From: Ptychomitrium polyphyllum
Taxonomy: Eukaryota
Direction: 5' to 3'
Length of the DNA: 64,000 nucleotides
NCBI GenBank assembly: GCA_973851085.1
Contig: OZ316775.1
Location: forward strand, 15,872,001 to 15,936,000
Shown: positions 38,852 through 52,149 of the stretch, piece by piece
Layout: each line of letters begins with the position of its first letter
Position numbering within the stretch: position 1 is the first letter of the stretch
The notes under the pieces: model-generated
Database searches by the model: none
Told to the model about the DNA's origin: nothing
What the model saw: only the letters and a program-made list of their open reading frames with translations
Position numbers and translations under genes: made by a program

Positions 38852-39817
38852 CAACCGCCTTGTTACAGTTTTTTTTTTTTCGGTTTGAAGGTGAAGTGCT
38901 GCTGCATTGAGTTTTAGGTGTAGCATATGGTACATATTTCTTTGTACTGATTTTGTACATAGCTTATCTTGTACTTTATTGTTCCGCTGAGTGTAAGGTA
39001 AGGGTAGTCCAACTTTGATAATTGTCAAACAGGGACTCTTTGTAGTTTTAAAGACGAGATATCGTTTTAAGATGTACCACTGAAGGAAAAGCAGTCAGAC
39101 GCTCTTGTCCGATAAATCCAATAAACTCAGGATTCGTCATGGAGATTGTCAAAATTTTGAGCCCTTTGAGCTTCATTTGAGCAGTCGTGTATTATGTTTT
39201 GGTTTCTGTTGAAAGTACTTTGCATTTGCCGACGTGTCTCGGATACTTTTTTGTATTGAATGATCATACTAGTCACAGAGGTGTAATTACTTAAATGAGT
39301 AGAATATCTGAGACTGTTTTTGATAAATTCTACCTTGAAGCAGATGCAACTAGTACACCTAGTTGATAATATGTGCACTAATTCATACCAGTATTCTGTC
39401 GTGTTCTTGGATGAAAATATTGCAGGAATAAATTACTCACCAGTTTTTGAATCTACAACAATACCGTTCCTCAGATATTTTTTCTCGAGGACAGGTAGAC
39501 ACGGTAATCAAGTGTGTGACAATGTTCATTGGTTTGGTAGGTCTGTGGATAGTGTGAATCAATGAATAGTATAGACTTTTACGGTTAATAAGTGATGAAG
39601 ATAAAAGTTTTGTAAAAATTGTTTTGTAATTTAGAATGATACTGCATGGCACTCCGAATAAATATCAAATTCAAAAATCACTTTGGTCGATCTTCAATAA
39701 AGAAATTTTACTTTCTATATTAAGGAAATATGGCTGTGCAATATTTCAATGTGGTCATGCTACAATCATCAAGTCCAAGAGGCTGTTTACACTCATTTAA
39801 TTCCAGTAATCACACCA

Positions 39818-39902
39818 GTATTCCAGTAAAGAGACCGCGTATTCCAGTAAAGAGACCGCGTATTCCAGTAAAGAGACCGCGTATTCCAGTAAAGTGTACC
39901 GC
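39818..39902. repeat. 21-bp minisatellite, ~4 copies
   Basis: GTATTCCAGTAAAGAGACCGC three times exactly, plus one variant copy. Confidence 0.95.
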
Positions 39903-41735
39903 GTGTACTTTTCTTTAGAATCAAACAATCATTTCAAGACAAAAACACCATCATACTAAGGTAGTTGTCTTCATATTACATGCTAATTATCACCAAAATG
40001 AAACTTCACAACTCTATGAAACTTCCAAGTGACCTCCAAACGCATCATTTTACAAATCCCTTGCTGACTACCGTAACGTACTGCAAGTGACCTCACAAAC
40101 ATGACTCGGCGTGCAGTCCTAAGCATGACGAGCAGGCTGAACTTTCAGAGAAAGAGTGACAGAGCCATCTATGAAAGAGATGAATATCGTTTATTTGGGC
40201 ATCTTGTTCGTTGCTCGTCGAGAATTCGTCCACAGCCGGGGTAGGAGCTCCGTCCCTGCCTCGGAGGCCACACCCATGTGGGCTGTTGCCTGAGTGCTCG
40301 TGTTCTAGGGTTGCACTGAGCTCCGGAGCGATGTGAGATGTACAACTGCCGCTGCCGCTGCCGCTGGATCATCCTCGCAGCTTGATGTCTTCGTTTCTGG
40401 TAACGCACTCATTCGCTCTCCTGCTTTCAATTTTCTACTTTTCTGGGGCATCTCTGTTTTCTCCCTTGCTGCTACCATGTGGGGTTCCATGGATTGCTCC
40501 GGGTGGATCTGAGCCTTTCTGTGCTGTTTTCGCAGTTGGGTTTCGTGCACAAAAGCTTTTCTAGTCCGGTTTCTCTTTAGTAGCATGGCTGCCATGGTTT
40601 TGGGAGAGGTTGAAGTGTGAAGGAGATTAGGTTAGGTTACTCGATTTTACTGAACATTCAAATTGGTCTCGATCTTGAAGGTGATGAAACGAGCAAAGGC
40701 TCGTTCGATGAAAGTGTCTGTCGTGTAATTTTGGCTGAATTTGAGTTGCTGAAGTCCCATTTTTTGTAAATTAATTAATTAATTTATTTTTGTAATTTTT
40801 ATTTTTGCATCTTTTTTCCTTCCTCGGTTGGGACGTAGATTTGTTTTTGGTCATTTTTGTGGATGGCTTCTCATGTTTTTGTGAAGAGGGTTATGTTTTG
40901 GTGTTGACATGGGACGTATGGTGCCTTTCATGGTTCTCGTTCGGGAAGCCAACATGAGTATTAGCAGCTGGGAATATGAGAAAGTAGTGCTGGATGTGAG
41001 AGAACAGAACGGATTCTGAAGTATCGAAGTAGCTGATGATTTGGTTTTATGTGTGCCTTCATATATACATGTTTAGAGCTGAGAGCGGTATAATCTTAGG
41101 TCTAGGTTTTGTTTAGAAGTTGTCCTACTGTTTGAGCCTACTCTGCCGGTTGATCATGAACGATGAGAGGTGAGGAGTATTTCTGGGTGAACATCGCTTT
41201 CCCCGAAGCCAATCTGGAATACGTTTAGATTGCAGACTGAAATTGGAGGTTTCATTGAGTTACTAAAAGCATCACTACGAAATCACACTCCCTTTGGTAT
41301 CTAAAGTGAGCATGTCAAAGAATGATTCAGTAGCTCTTTGACCTTTGCTAGGGATTGACCATTTGCTGTTAATTGTTTTCTGAATGTGGGATGATTGGAT
41401 CAATTATATGCAGCCCTGCCGCGGACAGTCGTTTCACTTGGTTTCCGCAGGACCCACTTGGGTGCACTTGGTCTCTACCTCAAGGTAATGACAGCAAAAG
41501 GACTCTCTAAATCTAAGTTGGTGGGCGATGCTAAGACTAGGTGAAGCGCCTACAAAGAGTGAAGATTCCGAATGGTTATCATTGATTGTTGGTGAAAAAC
41601 GGAATGCTTTGGCAGTGATTGATAGAGCACTCGCTCTCTTTTGTGTATAGTGGATAACAGCTTAAATAATACCCGAGACTAGTGGAGTTGGTCTTGGAAC
41701 TTAGCTTTGATCAGGTTTAGCGAAATCCGTACAAG

Positions 41736-42290
41736 ATGGGGGTGATCATATCGAGGTTGTGGTTTTACATGTTTCCGGCAAAAGAGTACAAAATAGTTGT
41801 TGTGGGTTTAGACAACGCTGGAAAGACTACAACACTCTACAAGCTGCATTTGGGCGAGGTGGTCGTCACACAGCCCACAGTAGGCAGCAATGTGGAAGAG
41901 CTTGTATACAAGAATATACGTTTCGAAGTCTGGGATCTTGGCGGCCAAGAGCGACTGCGGACATCCTGGGCGACCTACTACCGAGGCACCCATGCGGTGG
42001 TGATGGTTGTTGACAGCACAGACCGGGCGAGGATCTCGATTATCAAAGACGAGCTCTTCAAGTTGCTGCAACACGAGGAGCTTCAAGGTGCCGTTGTGCT
42101 GGTCTTCGCAAACAAACAGGATTTGAAAGATGCGATGACTCCAGCGGAAATAAGTGATGCGCTGTCGCTGCACAGCATTAAGAATCACGACTGGCACATT
42201 CAGGCATGTTGCGCACTAACAGGGGAGGGGCTCTGGGACGGTTTGGGGTGGGTTGCGCAGCATGTGACTGGATCCAAGGTCACGCCCTAG
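41736..42290 (+). CDS. ARFC1: ADP-ribosylation factor-like GTPase (ARFC1/ARL5 type), 184 aa, uninterrupted CDS
   Basis: MG myristoylation start, [51 protein letters not shown]; splice acceptor tcag at ~41714 just before the ATG suggests a 5' UTR intron. Confidence 0.95.
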   Translation: MGVIISRLWFYMFPAKEYKIVVVGLDNAGKTTTLYKLHLGEVVVTQPTVGSNVEELVYKNIRFEVWDLGGQERLRTSWATYYRGTHAVVMVVDSTDRARISIIKDELFKLLQHEELQGAVVLVFANKQDLKDAMTPAEISDALSLHSIKNHDWHIQACCALTGEGLWDGLGWVAQHVTGSKVTP

Positions 42291-43134
42291 AGATTATTGT
42301 AGTTCATCTGGTTAGCTCATTGTATTGTATCTTACTGGCCCAGCCAGGCCTTCATTTCCATCTGCTATTTAATGCAGTATGGGATCTGTATTGAATCCTC
42401 TCATGATGGTGAATCTTCAGCTTGTCTTAAATTGACACTGAATTCGTTGGCAGCACTTTTGCATAATATCAAAACAAGGTACTATTTTGTAAGTTGCCAG
42501 TGGTTCTCCCACAGAGCTTTGTTTTGTTCTCTGAAGAGTTCTATAGATTAGAGGTTTGTAGGCAAGGACTTTGACACTTGTTTTATTGTTTACAAAGCAG
42601 CACTTGTTGAGACATTATGTGGCGATCTTGCAATTGGTGCAGTTTATAAGTCACTTCCTTTAAAAGTGTTCGTTGGGGAAGCCCTCATCTGCTGAATGTA
42701 ATGCAGGGAGCATAATATATGAATGTTCTGAAGCTCGTGAGCTGTACTGGTTTGTTGGTGCATAACCTGGAGGTTGTAATTTTGGGTTTCCTACAAAAGT
42801 TCTACAGTATGAAAGACACGAGTCATGTTTTGAAGGTCTTCGACTGGTGGATGTGAAGTGCAAGATAATGTGAGTTTGGAACTTTCTGAGTGTATATCCA
42901 CCCCAAATCACCACTTTGAGTGTATTATCACCCAAATCACGTCTTGATTCACAAGTGGAGAGGCAAGGAGCACATGATGGAATGGAAGCTTATAGCGTAG
43001 TTGCAGATGCCTGAGGCATGAGTCTGGCAACTATCAAAGGGGCTCCTCTGGTTCATGGTAATTGCAAACGAACTGATGAATGCGGATGTGGAGGTGATAG
43101 ATGTGGATGAAATTACACAAGACTATTGATCAAA

Positions 43135-43283
43135 CAATAGCAACTATAGGTAGCCTAAGTGCAATAGCAACTATGGGTAGCCTAAATGCGTTTATAGATG
43201 GCAAAGTGATAATTGCGGGTCATGGCGAAAGGCAATTATATGTTGACAATTGCGGGTCATGGCAAAAGGCAATTATATGTTGA
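43135..43283. repeat. Two adjacent tandem duplications (27 bp x2 and 37 bp x2)
   Basis: caatagcaactat(a/g)ggtagcctaa(g/a)tg twice; aattgcgggtcatggc(g/a)aaaggcaattatatgttga twice. Confidence 0.85.
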
Positions 43284-44743
43284 GGAATTTGGGCAACTAT
43301 GTGTCCAAAATTTGGACGGGAAGGAATCTTGTAATTGTTTTACTTGATGTACTCTTGTAATTGTTGCACTTGATGCAGTTGAAGATAGTACATCAAGGAT
43401 AGTATAAGAGTTCATTTATGGCCACTCGAGCATTCAACAAAGTTCTTACTTCATTATAAATCCAAGGCCTAGCATTAAGAATTGGATTTTGCTTAGATTC
43501 ATGGAGTACAAGGTTTTGTCAACATATTTATAGGAAAAAATGTTCAAATTTTACATACACTTATGTGTTAATATATCAAGTAGCAACAACAATCAACAAA
43601 AATTCCTATGAAGTAAAAAAAGTTGTAGGCTTACAAGTACTATGAGCAATTATTGCATCAAGTTCAAACATGGGCGCTCAAATTGATGAGCTGTCTTAAT
43701 TTTTAAGTAGAAAATTACAAATAAGAGAAAGGATGATGGTCCAAATTAGCCTTGTTGTTGATACCTATATCTTGCTTTAAGCTTGTATTTGGAGTAGTGC
43801 TTATTAATGTCAATTGCAAAGATTTTCCAAGGAATTTCATATATGTTAATAATGCAAAGTGCTCGCTATTCTTAATGATAAAGCAATGCATATAATATTG
43901 ATAATAAAGGATGTATTACCGATTGATTTTTTGTTGCTTGTAGGCAAAGATGGATGGAAGAATTGAGAGCATTCTAAGAATTGTGCTCTATGTCATTTTC
44001 TTATTGCTGGTTATGTGAATCATGAATAGGCAATTGTGCCAACCGGCCTTCTTTGTTTTATGTGTGACAAAAAGAAAAAAGCTGCTACAATGCATTATGT
44101 AATCAATGCCAATGTGGTTAACATATGACATATTTGATACCACTTCTTTCTATTTTTCTATTTGTAGATGGAATGTACCTTTGTTGTAAAAGGTTATATA
44201 GTCATATCGCATTTATTAAAAATAAATTGAGAACTTTGTAAGAATTTGTCATATTTTAGTGGCTAGTCCATCATTTACTTGGTAAAAATTAAAAATTACA
44301 TTAGTCACTTTTTACTTAATCTTCTTGGCTTATATGGTTATTAGGATGTTGTTGTGGCATTTAATTCCAATAATTATGTAGCTAAAGTCCTAGTTATCTT
44401 AGAAGGATTCTAAGTTTAGCTTAAAGAATCATTTAAAATTCTATTTATAATTTTTTCTTATTTCATTTTATTTACTAAAAATTTGGTAATGGTTGTGGCA
44501 CCCAATTTGTTGTGTGTGGCAATCTTAACTTATATAACAATTTTTGAATGCTTAATCATGCAAATAGCATATAATGACCATCATGAACCAAACCTATGTC
44601 CACCACATAAATTTTTGCTAAATTAATTCAAATATGGCTTGATTTTCATTACTACTATTTTATAATCCCATTTACACTCAATCTCAGCCCATTGTAAGCA
44701 CTTGTCAAGTCTAAATTCTAAATAAGATGAATTTTATGGTTGT

Positions 44744-44751
<8 letters not shown>

Positions 44752-44776
<25 letters not shown>

Positions 44777-44777
44777 C
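44752..44777. repeat. (TA)n microsatellite
   Basis: About 12 consecutive TA units. Confidence 0.9.
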
Positions 44778-47700
44778 ATACATACATATTCATATTCATA
44801 TTGATAGTTTTAGTCTTTTTATAATTAATGGTCATGGATCTCATATAATAAGTTCTAGTGAATATAAGAAGGCACAAGTAAAGATGACAACATGGTCACA
44901 CACACTTCACCTTTACACTTCAATTGAAGAAAGCTCTCAATAGAATGATACTTTGTGGAGAGAGTACTGTATTGAGAAAGGCCACTGTTACATTATGTTG
45001 AGTTGATTCAGTCAAGGTCTTTAGTTGACGTGATGAACAATCTCCTTTCAACAAACCATTAATGGTACAACTGCATAAACTTTTTTTTGTAACTAATACC
45101 TATCCAATGTTCAAGCATTAAAGGGCTATAATGAAGGTCTTTCTCAAGTATAAAGCTTTTGCTGTTGAAGTGCTGTCTTCATCTGAACTCAAGCAGGTTG
45201 ATCCTTAACAGCCCTGAAAATTATCTGATACAACTAGTATTTCTGGGCATACTCCGCTCATGACGCAATTGTACGTTGCAGGAATACATAAGTTAGAATT
45301 AACCAATAAAACGAGAATCTAACTTCGGGCTGCATATATCCTAAATATAATATGTTAAAGGGGAGGTGTAGCCTGGAAGATTCGAAAATGTATCTGACGA
45401 AGAGACTGCTAGAAAAACCAGCCGTACATGTGCAACCCTCCCTGCTTGAACTGCTCATGCAGAAACAAATTGTTTTCCCCAGAACGTTCTAAACGGACGT
45501 GATTCTACACAATAGAGATTATGTAATGAAGTATCTTGCAGGAGCAATAGATTCTTCCTTAATTTTCTACAGAATAGACAAACACAAAGTTCCTATAAAA
45601 CCGGGTGAAACTCTTGATGTGTTGTTATGTGACTTGTTGTGTTGAACTTCTCATACCAAGAGCGGACATCACAATGAAGTAACGTAACAGTGTAACAAAA
45701 CATCACCAAAAAAATCCCATCGAATCACAACGAAAAACCTCAAATACGTTTCATGCTACAGTATTGTACGGTATACATATCAGTTCCTTCCAATGTTTCT
45801 CCTTAGACACCAACAGCCTCCACGTATGTTTCATTACTGTGTGACCATGCCTAACATCTTTCCCCTCCATTTTTATGTTTCTTTTGAACTCCAATCCTTG
45901 TTTCAGAGTATTTGGGTAACCTAGACAATTCCCTATACGTTTGTTTGTTTATATGTAAGTTTGTCTTTTTTTTTGCCCAATAGTTAGAAGCACAGAAGGA
46001 CTCTCATATGAAAAGAGTACTTAGTAGGTATGATTCTACATCTATATGTATTCTTTTATTAAAATTTTCTTATACAAGGCATATATTTGTTATACTCCAC
46101 ACCTTATCCAAGCAAGTAGGAGCTTCAAGGTCATCTATATTTGTGAGTATCTGGAATCAGGAGCCTTGAGCGCAATTGATACAAGCTTGTAACTCAAGGC
46201 AGCACCTATTTTATACATGTGATTATAAAATGGACCAGGGTAGAAGTCTATGATAATTTCATGGAAAGGCTGTCGCTGAACGGAAAGCTCAACGCAGACT
46301 GTAACATTTATCGGGAAACTCATAAACCACTCATTTGATATTTGAAGTTGAAAAGTTGTGCTTGAGACGGGTATGCATTAAATTTGAGCCTATTTCTTGA
46401 AGCTTCATGATGATGCCTATTTTGTAAAAAAGGATACACTGAATGCGGAACAGAACAATAGTGGAAGATGACAAGCAGAAGGAAAAACTGCAAGATTGAA
46501 ACTTTTCCATTTATATGGGAGGGCGGTCACACTGCGAAATGCAAAGCCTGTATAAATGGACTCAATAGTTCAAATCCAGAGCTTTATAGGTGGAACCCCG
46601 ACTTCCACTCCAGAGGAAAGCCTAACCTCGCCAATTGGCATTGGATAAGTATTTCCCCTCAGTTCATATAAAAATCGGTGGTTCCAGATTGCAACGACGT
46701 CGACTTGATGACCCTCTGGCTGCCAGGCTCGAGTCTTGTAGTCAAGTTGTCATCTACTGTATTGACAAAGGCTCGTTCTAACTTCAAATTTATGTGCTTT
46801 ATACCAACTCCATTAGAGTCAAATAATGAAATTACCCTAATGGCCCATGGATTCCTTACAGAAACATGGTTAGTATTTTCTAAACAGAGAAATTCCTAAG
46901 AATATAACTGACGCCTGACATAATTATGTACACTTACAGAGGCTTCTCGTTACAGCAACTCTGCACACCGTATAAATCATTAAAAGTAATCTTTAACAAG
47001 GCCTTGTCCTGAACAGAAATTGATTGCACATTTAGAACTTTCAATTTGAATGTGCAGGTGTATGCAAAGAGCGACTCAGAGCTAGTCTTTTGACGAAGGT
47101 TCAGATGTATCATATAACTTAAGCATATGCAGCTACTGCAATTGTCGACAAGTTGTCATTAAGCTTCTCCGAGGCCACTTGGCCGTTCCTGTGGACCTCC
47201 CGCATTTGTAATCTTAGATTTCAGTGCAGTAAATGCACAGATCTTTACTAATTTAGAGTGAAGACGAAGAATTCATGAGAGTTCACGTGTGACAGTACTC
47301 GCGCTAGTTACGTCGTCTCAGCTACTCCGAAATATTGATTCATGGCCCACTGTCATCTCTAATGACTTTAATCCCTTACAATCCTTCTCTGACAGAGCCC
47401 CTAATTGAAGTTGACTATACTAGTGCATGATTGCCTTCATTCATGTCGCCGTAGTAAATGTGTGTCTCCCCCTCATCTGTGTGAATGAGCGAGTAGCAGC
47501 TACAGTTATAGTCCACCTCTGAGAACCAAGTTAAGGTTGATCGTCACAGGTTGCATGCAACATAAGTTTTATAAATAGGACGTCCAAGTGTACCCGGATT
47601 TAATGCATGCTGAAATTAGAAAATTGATAATACTACTTAATCTGATATATGGGATGGTGATGCCAATAAATAACAATTTGTCCAACTAATAATCTAAAAG

Positions 47701-47875
47701 ATAAAATTCTTAATCGCACCCCCAATACCTTCGAAATGGAAGCACAAGCAGTGAACATCCTGTGTGAGAAACTATCTGTTGAATGACTCACTGGTTGTGC
47801 TTCCACTGGTTGTGTAATCAGATGAAAGCATGTTATAACAACGGATGTTATACGAAATAATATACTAGTATCGGC

Positions 47876-49763
47876 TTAAGGTGACGAGCTTGTGATGAGC
47901 TTCCAGGCAGTGCTGCAAACAACCGCTTGCTCCTTCCACGTGAGGTAAAGTCTGGCGTCAATTGTGTCAAGACCCCACCCCTTCTTGTATCTGGAAATAA
48001 AAATACATCCAATGATTGAACGAGTGTTGGAATTTGAACCATGGTATGATCGGTCGTGAAAAACATAATAGACCAGCTGCATTAAAGTTTCAATGATACA
48101 AAACATATATGTATCTTAAGTTATTAATTATGAATATCCATAAATTTGGTACCTTTTCAGAAGAGCTTGAACATCATCAACAACATCGAGGCTGAAAGGA
48201 GCAGGTTCGAAGCCAACTTGTCTTAGACGGGACTCCCAATGAACCCCCGTCTCTTGTCTTTCAATACTCTCCGAGGGATCACAGCTTAACATGTTCACCA
48301 GCTTCCGAGCGCAGTTCCTCTCCAGCATAAGCCGCTCATTGCTGGCTCTGGGAAAGCTTTCGTCCAGGGAGTCAAAGAAGAGCGAGTAGAACCTCAGGGC
48401 TTCACCTAAGCAGCCCACAAAGTCAGGCCACACCAAGTTCGCTTCGTCCTCCACCATGATCAAAATCTACAATAAAAGCAAAACAAACGAGTCATTACAT
48501 GCATTCAAAAGCTCGAAATTAATGCAAACAGTCATTAACTGAGATCCACTTAATTGCAAATACTAATTAATAACAACAAGTCTTTACAACGACCGACAGT
48601 TAAGATCGGACGCGAAGACAGATCTATTAGTTCAACGTAGGTTTAAATATAATAAATCAAGTATGTCTTTTACTAAACGTTTTATTACCTTGGGTTTAGC
48701 GTTTTGGAAAGTGCAGAGGATTCTGTCACGAGGGCAGCAAGGCTGCTCCTGAGATGTCACACTCTCAGAGATGTGATGCAGCGTTTGAACGCAGTTGATA
48801 GCAAGAGCTTCACCTTCACGGAAGGTCAGTGTAGCAAGGTCCAGGAGCTCCAATTGAGGCTGGTGCAGGACGGTGCCTTCGAACGGCACTCCCATGAGCC
48901 GGGCGAACCGTTCTAGCCTGTGCATGACTTGCTTCATGACCTTCAATGCCGCTTCTTCGTTTGAAATTACAATGGATGTGAGGCGGAGGTAAGGTGTCAC
49001 TTCAGTCCGAGTTGCCAATGCTTCCAGAAACGTTGGCCACTGGGTGCAGAATGTGCTACTGATGTCCACGATGTGAATCCTGGCCTCTCCTTCCAGCGCT
49101 TCTAGAAGCGCTCCGTTCCCAGCAACATGTCCAAATGTTGTCCAGGGACTCGCATCCTGGCCGTCAGAAATTTTATAAAAAAAATTCAGTATTTTCTGGT
49201 AGTGCAGCAATTGTAACATTAACAGGAGAAATCTACATTTTTATTTTTGATTTTGGTACCTGAAACTCAAGGATCATATCGCGCATGGATTCGAAACAAT
49301 ACGTCTTCTCCGCTGCCGCGGTGAGACTGCGGTGGCAACGGCTACCGGTGCCCGAGATCTTGCAGAAAAGAGCTTGGACGAAGTATGAGACCAGTCTCTG
49401 GCCGGAGTCACCGTAAGGGGAGGCACTCTCATTCAGGATCCACATGATACTTTGCACTCGCGGAGCGTCTTTTTCAGCAATGGCTCGTGCACAGTCCAGA
49501 AGCAACGCCTTCGCCCACGAATACTGGGTCAAGATGACGTTTTGGGAACTGCTACCTGGATAGTTGTAGGGTTGATCATCTTGGTGTACCGCAGCAGAAA
49601 AGGTGGCGGCTTTGAAGTTGCTGGAGTCCCAGTCCAGGGAGTGGCTTGATTGGCGTGGTGGCAGCCTGGATTCGGAATCGGTGTTACCACTTGACGGGTC
49701 ATGATGGGGTGCGAAGAAGCTGAACTGGTATCTGGGGTACCGGCACTCTTCGGGTGGTGCCAT
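47876..49763 (-). CDS. SHR: GRAS transcription factor, SHORT-ROOT-like. Exons: 49763-49260, 49156-48689, 48466-48153, 47990-47876
   Basis: LNESASPYGDSGQRLVSYFVQALF, LEFQDASPWTTFGHVAGNGA, IHIVDISSTFCTQWPTFLEALATR, ERFARLMGVPF, SLDESFPRASNERLMLER and C-terminal WKEQAVVCSTAWK; three in-frame GT-AG introns. Exact orthology within the SHR clade is not established. Confidence 0.9.
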
Positions 49764-52149
49764 GATGTTAGTTATGGGCTATTACTTTTGTTCTAAGGTC
49801 AATACTTTCTACAGAGTCGCTGCATATCCTTCTTCTAGTCGATCATGAACTGTAACCCACAAGACCTCGGCAGCTTATGGTTTTATAGTTGTGCAACCTC
49901 TGTCTGTAAGGTACCTTTAACTATTTGTTGTGGTCTCAACCAAAGTCCATCAAGCAAGCCGCGAGAAGTTTCTAGCATTTAATTTGCAAGGGTTTAATCT
50001 ACCTGCATGATGTCTTCTACAAACGGAACTTCACGGAGTAGTACTCGATCACCACCAAGATGATATTATTATTCTCTTTGTCACTGCCGAATAACCGCTG
50101 GCAAGACAAACTTGATACTACATGAGTACCCGCTACTGGTGCAGGCAACCTTAGAGTAGCTAATCATCAGAACATAACACAATATCGTCCAAAACATCCG
50201 CACGGCTGTGATTGCATTCTCAAGAGAAAACCTCTCTGAGCAGATTAACAATATCCATCCCCAGTAGAGCTTCAACCTAACCGCCCTTAACTATGACGAC
50301 CAGTGCAGAAAAGAAAAGAAACTGCAAGATTCCATTTTGAAGTGTTGGACAGCATCAGCCACCAACTAACTTGTCAATAATCTGAGAGATCGTGTCGAGG
50401 GATGCTGGTCTTTAGACTTTGAAGAACTTGGTCCACCCGAGCTCTCCCCAACGAGAAATCTGCACAACTGTACACACGTGGTAGCAATATACAGGAGAAT
50501 GAATTGCCAAATTAATTCTGGAGCACATGATGAGTTAATTCGGCCTTCATATTCCAGCAGGCTGTCATATATGACTTGCAACTGCTTCAAAGATTCTTCA
50601 AGAGCGGTACTACTACCATACGGGGCATTCATGGTTCAATCAATTGATAAGCTGGAGCATTGTATTACATTGAGCTGTATCAAAGCAGGTACTCATGGCC
50701 TTCAGCTAATTGAGGTTCTCCTGCTTTGGAGCGGAGTGGTTGTCTGTATTGAGCATCTTACTTCATTGAAGAACTTTCTATTCAAGATGCCGGGGGCTTA
50801 ATAAGTTTGCTTGAATAGATTCCACGGGCTCGCAACAAATACGTTTGACCGTGACTAGTATTCCCGCACTGTCCACATGGAACTCGTTGTTCTACTTCAA
50901 TGCAATTCTTGACTGATGACATTACACTCTCAGACTCTTCTACATTCAGGCTGCAGCTTCAGCTGCGTTGGCGATTCACCTGTTTCAAGTGTGTAGGTTC
51001 ATGACGCCATTGCCCTGATCCATAGTCCTCAGGACCATTTCTGTATGAGATCCTCTCCCTGGAACATTTTCTACCAGGTTCACATGAGATGCAGCCTGCT
51101 TTTCATAAATGACTTAAACAAGTAATAGAAAGAGTAAAGAATCCATATTCATGACAATGTTTGCAGAACAATGGAAATTGTATGGGGCCTTTACCGAAGG
51201 AATTATTTCTCTGAAACAAGTGGCAAGAATTTATTTATTACCACTGCAAGGGTAGGCAAAATACTACAGCTAAGCTGCCTGAGGTGGGCAACTGGTCAAA
51301 AGGATTTTTGTCAATGTGGAATTAACCATGAAGCTAAGAACCGTCTTTTGAATTTAAACAAGCTTTGTTGAAGAGGCCTTAAGTTCCAGCATGCGTCTTC
51401 CACCTGAACGCCAAGCACAGGACTCATCCAACTGTTGTCAAACTTCTTGTAGATTTGCCGCAGCTGGGCAGACCGTCTCTTCACTTCAAGGAGCGTTGGT
51501 TCAAGAATCTAAGAGCTACTGCAGACTGCAAGTGAAAATTGTTTATATTAATTAATTTGCAGATTAGCAATGCAGCTTATCCGATTACGTGGGAGCATTC
51601 TACCAGAATGAAAGGATAATTGATCAGGCAATTGCCTTATGAAATCTAGACTAGATGGAGATGGAGGGCTTTGAATGTACTTGTAAGACATGTAAGACAT
51701 GTTGAAAATGAAACCAGGAAAGTGTTTGAGATTCCCGAAGTTATCATGAGAAATGACTGTAAACCTCACATCAGGGTGACACATGATCAGATTGATATTA
51801 TTTTGACATCACACTAACCCTGCCCAAGTTTACTGATGCATGTGGCAGCAATCTTGCCTCATGATTGCCAAAGTATTATACAGGGCAATCTAATCACAAT
51901 TTAAGTCTCGCATGCATAATTACTAGCCAGCAATGAGTTTTTGATGGAACCCATATATTACAAGTTACTCTTTCAGTTGCCAGCATCAAAGATTGATGTA
52001 CACTAGGCAACTTGGCAACAGCCCACAGCCATGATTGAGATCACTTTATAGGCAAAGCACAGACTTCAAAATGGAACATCCAACTAGGCTCCATCAACCA
52101 CATCAGGAACTTGAGGGCATGTCAGTTTGATGTCAAAATGACATCAAAT

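Noticed and set aside
39818..39902. CRISPR-like array
   Set aside because: Direct tandem units with no spacers, in a eukaryotic context.
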